Assembly (NCBI GenBank): GCA_965240325.2
Contig: OZ251234.1
Coordinates: 1,178,001 to 1,242,000 of the forward strand
DNA from: Rebecca billardiae RCC1528
Taxonomy: Eukaryota > Protista > Haptophyta
Reading direction: 5' to 3'
Length of the DNA: 64,000 nt
Positions 61,968 through 64,000 of the stretch are shown piece after piece (position 1 is the stretch's first letter; each line of letters starts with the position of its first letter). The notes beneath the pieces were generated by a model that did no database searches, had not been told where the DNA came from, and was given only the letters and a program-made list of their open reading frames with translations. Both the position numbers and the translations under genes were made by a program.

Positions 61968-62374
61968 TGATCCCCTCATTGAGCTCTTCCACCCTGGCGG
62001 GGAGACTCTTCGTCTTGCGACAGCGATACGATTCTCGATGGAAGACGCAACCTCTGCTCTCTCTCACACCACGGTTCCACCAAGGCGATTGATGAGCGCC
62101 CACGTCGTCGCTGCGAATCCGCCGGATTTATCCGAATGGTCAGTCTCAGCAGAATGAATCGATGTCTTCGTCGTCGGACGAGTCGTCACTGTGTCATCGT
62201 CGTCTGACTCATCGTCATCATCGCGCGACGTCATCATGTTGCCAATGATGTCAATGATCATAAATATATATATATCAATGACAGATGACTCGTCGAAGTC
62301 TCGAATTGTCGATGATCAGATGCGGTCCGCCCGTGACTGACGGCCGTTGATCGAGACTCATGCGATCCACCTGC

Positions 62375-62902
62375 TCAGCCCGCCGCTGGGGTCGTCGTGA
62401 GGAACGCAATGAGGCTCGGCGACGAGTGACGCAGGCCCATGCTGGCGACAACGGTGTACCCAAAGGCCCGTCCCACGGGCACGTGATCGGTCGCGGCCGT
62501 GTCCGTGCTCGTGCGCACGACGGCAACGGTGGTGCCGCGCACGCGGGCGCCAGATCTCGGGTCGTACTCCGATCGGTAGAGTGTCCACGTGACGGGCAGG
62601 TCTGGGGCTCTGTCGGCGCCACCACGCGCCCACTCGATGCGCGCAGTGCTGAGCTCGCCATCCATACCAACCAGGTGCACGATGGGTGGCGCCGGTCTTT
62701 CAGCGGCGCTCGGATGTCCGCCGTGCTGCCCGCCCAGGGACGTTGGCGAGCTTGCCGCCGACCCTTCGGGGGGCTGCGTCGGAGCCACGCCAAGCCGTGC
62801 GCTGATCGTCGCCACTGTCTCGCGCACGAGCGCCATCTCGGCCAATGTGAGTGTGTCACTATCTTCCCTCCTCATGGACGCCGACGACGGCAACGCCGCC
62901 AT
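62375..62902 (-). CDS. Small protein with a C-terminal fibronectin type III-like domain
   Basis: PAPP...ARIEW...WTLYR...DHVPVGRAFGYTVVAS...SSPS follows the FN3 pattern. ATG at 62902. Confidence 0.55.
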   Translation of the reverse strand: MAALPSSASMRREDSDTLTLAEMALVRETVATISARLGVAPTQPPEGSAASSPTSLGGQHGGHPSAAERPAPPIVHLVGMDGELSTARIEWARGGADRAPDLPVTWTLYRSEYDPRSGARVRGTTVAVVRTSTDTAATDHVPVGRAFGYTVVASMGLRHSSPSLIAFLTTTPAAG

Positions 62903-62986
62903 CGTGCACTCGCCACCGATGGCCAACGGGCCCGCGGCGTGCAGTGCACCAGTGACTCGGTGAGCGGTCAGCGCAGCTGCTCGCCC

Positions 62987-64000
62987 ATGGGTCGCCGAGC
63001 CAGCGGCGGAGGCCGGCGGCAGGTTCTTGACGTCGCTGGTATCTCGTCCAGCTGGCGCCAAGAGAGCATCGTGCCCACGGCTGCAGCGAGCGGCGGGCCG
63101 CCGGCCACGCAGCCGAGTGCCGCCGCGTCCACTCGCGACCCCACAGCCGCGCCCGGCGTGAATCCGCTGGCGAGCTTCCTGAGCGCGTACGAGGACGACT
63201 CGGACGACGCTGGGCCGGAGCCCACGCCCGCCTGCGCGCCCGCCGCCGACGACACGCCCGTGTGGTACAAGGTCGTCGACAGCGAGAGCGGGCAGCCATA
63301 CTTTTGGAACAAGGACACCGGCGAGGTGCAATGGGAGGCGCCGACGCAGCGGGCGCAGCCAGCGGCGCCCGCGGCGGCGGGCGCGGCGGAGAGTGGCACC
63401 GAAGCCGACGCGAGCGCGCGGCGCGCTGCGGAGCCCGGCGACGCGCTCGACGACGCGCTCGCGCTCGCGCAAGCCAAGCGCGCCGCGCTCAGCCGATGCG
63501 CCGCCCGGCCAGGCGCGGGCTCGAGCGCGACTGGCGCGGACGCCGGCGTGTCCGACGGCTCGCGCGTGGCGAGAGGGGCGCGCGGGCCCCAACCCACGCC
63601 GCGCGCACCCGCGGCTGAGCCCGCCGGGCTGCCGTCACCAGCAGCCGCGGCGCCGACGGCGGAGGCCGCGGAGGCAGCTCCGAGCGCGGCCGGACCGCTG
63701 GCGCCTGCTGACGGCGAGCTGGCGGCGCTCGCTGCCGACGCGCTGCTCAAGTGCAGCGTGCTCGCGCGGACGCCGCCCGCCCCGCCGCGCGCGCACGAGC
63801 TCCTCGTCGAGCTGCGCACGCGCGCCGCAGACCACGCCGCAGGCGCCCTACCCGGCCGTTACTATGGCGAGCGCGTGCGGGCGGCGCGCGCCGAGCTGTC
63901 ATCACTTGAGGCTGCAGGCCTGCCTGCGGGCTGGACGCGCGCGTGGGACGCGGGGAAGGGGCGGTACTACTTCGCGCACCCGCCGACGGCGGCGGCGTTG
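62987..64000 (+). CDS. FNBP4: FNBP4-like tandem WW-domain protein (runs off the window end; absent from the ORF track)
   Basis: MGRRASGGGRRQVL start, LSAYEDDSDD, WW1 WYKVVDSESGQPYFWNKDTGEVQWEAP, LRTRAADHAAGAL...Y linker and WW2 LPAGWTRAWDAGKGRYYF: the motif order of FNBP4. Confidence 0.8.
   Translation, partial: MGRRASGGGRRQVLDVAGISSSWRQESIVPTAAASGGPPATQPSAAASTRDPTAAPGVNPLASFLSAYEDDSDDAGPEPTPACAPAADDTPVWYKVVDSESGQPYFWNKDTGEVQWEAPTQRAQPAAPAAAGAAESGTEADASARRAAEPGDALDDALALAQAKRAALSRCAARPGAGSSATGADAGVSDGSRVARGARGPQPTPRAPAAEPAGLPSPAAAAPTAEAAEAAPSAAGPLAPADGELAALAADALLKCSVLARTPPAPPRAHELLVELRTRAADHAAGALPGRYYGERVRAARAELSSLEAAGLPAGWTRAWDAGKGRYYFAHPPTAAAL

Overview
Eukaryotic nuclear DNA with very high GC content, short GC-rich spliceosomal introns and TTAGGG repeats. 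The overall style suggests a haptophyte alga such as a Pavlovales/Diacronema-type genome (inference, not shown by the sequence). Most ORFs in the supplied track are GC-driven artefacts. Bases 1-6.8 kb are a nest of non-autonomous mobile DNA. It contains a 4.74-kb composite-like element (two apparently identical 812-bp direct repeats, each with its own TIRs, around a ~5 x 415-bp satellite; TA target duplication provable from an intact empty-site copy), a TA-flanked MITE whose loop is an inverted copy of its own flank, and a 308-bp-arm foldback. A perfect 33-bp inverted repeat brackets 6745-22876, which holds a GT31 glycosyltransferase, a hypothetical gene and a ~3,800-aa Sfi1-like protein with an internal telomeric tract. 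Two more TA-flanked TIR elements lie at 22906-25179 and 28672-30544. The remainder is gene-dense, mostly as tight head-to-head pairs: P450/tandem GST-N protein, DUF2306-like membrane protein, SLC18-like MFS transporter, Bacteroidetes-like AspRS/2Fe-2S-TPR protein, DPAGT1/RING-H2, HAPSTR1-like/FAHD1, a full-size ABCA transporter, GORAB-like, and FN3 protein/FNBP4-like (truncated by the window end). Introns share an unusual GTGCG(C) donor that is often complementary to their own 3' end. Family assignments come from motif recognition by eye; no database searches were run.
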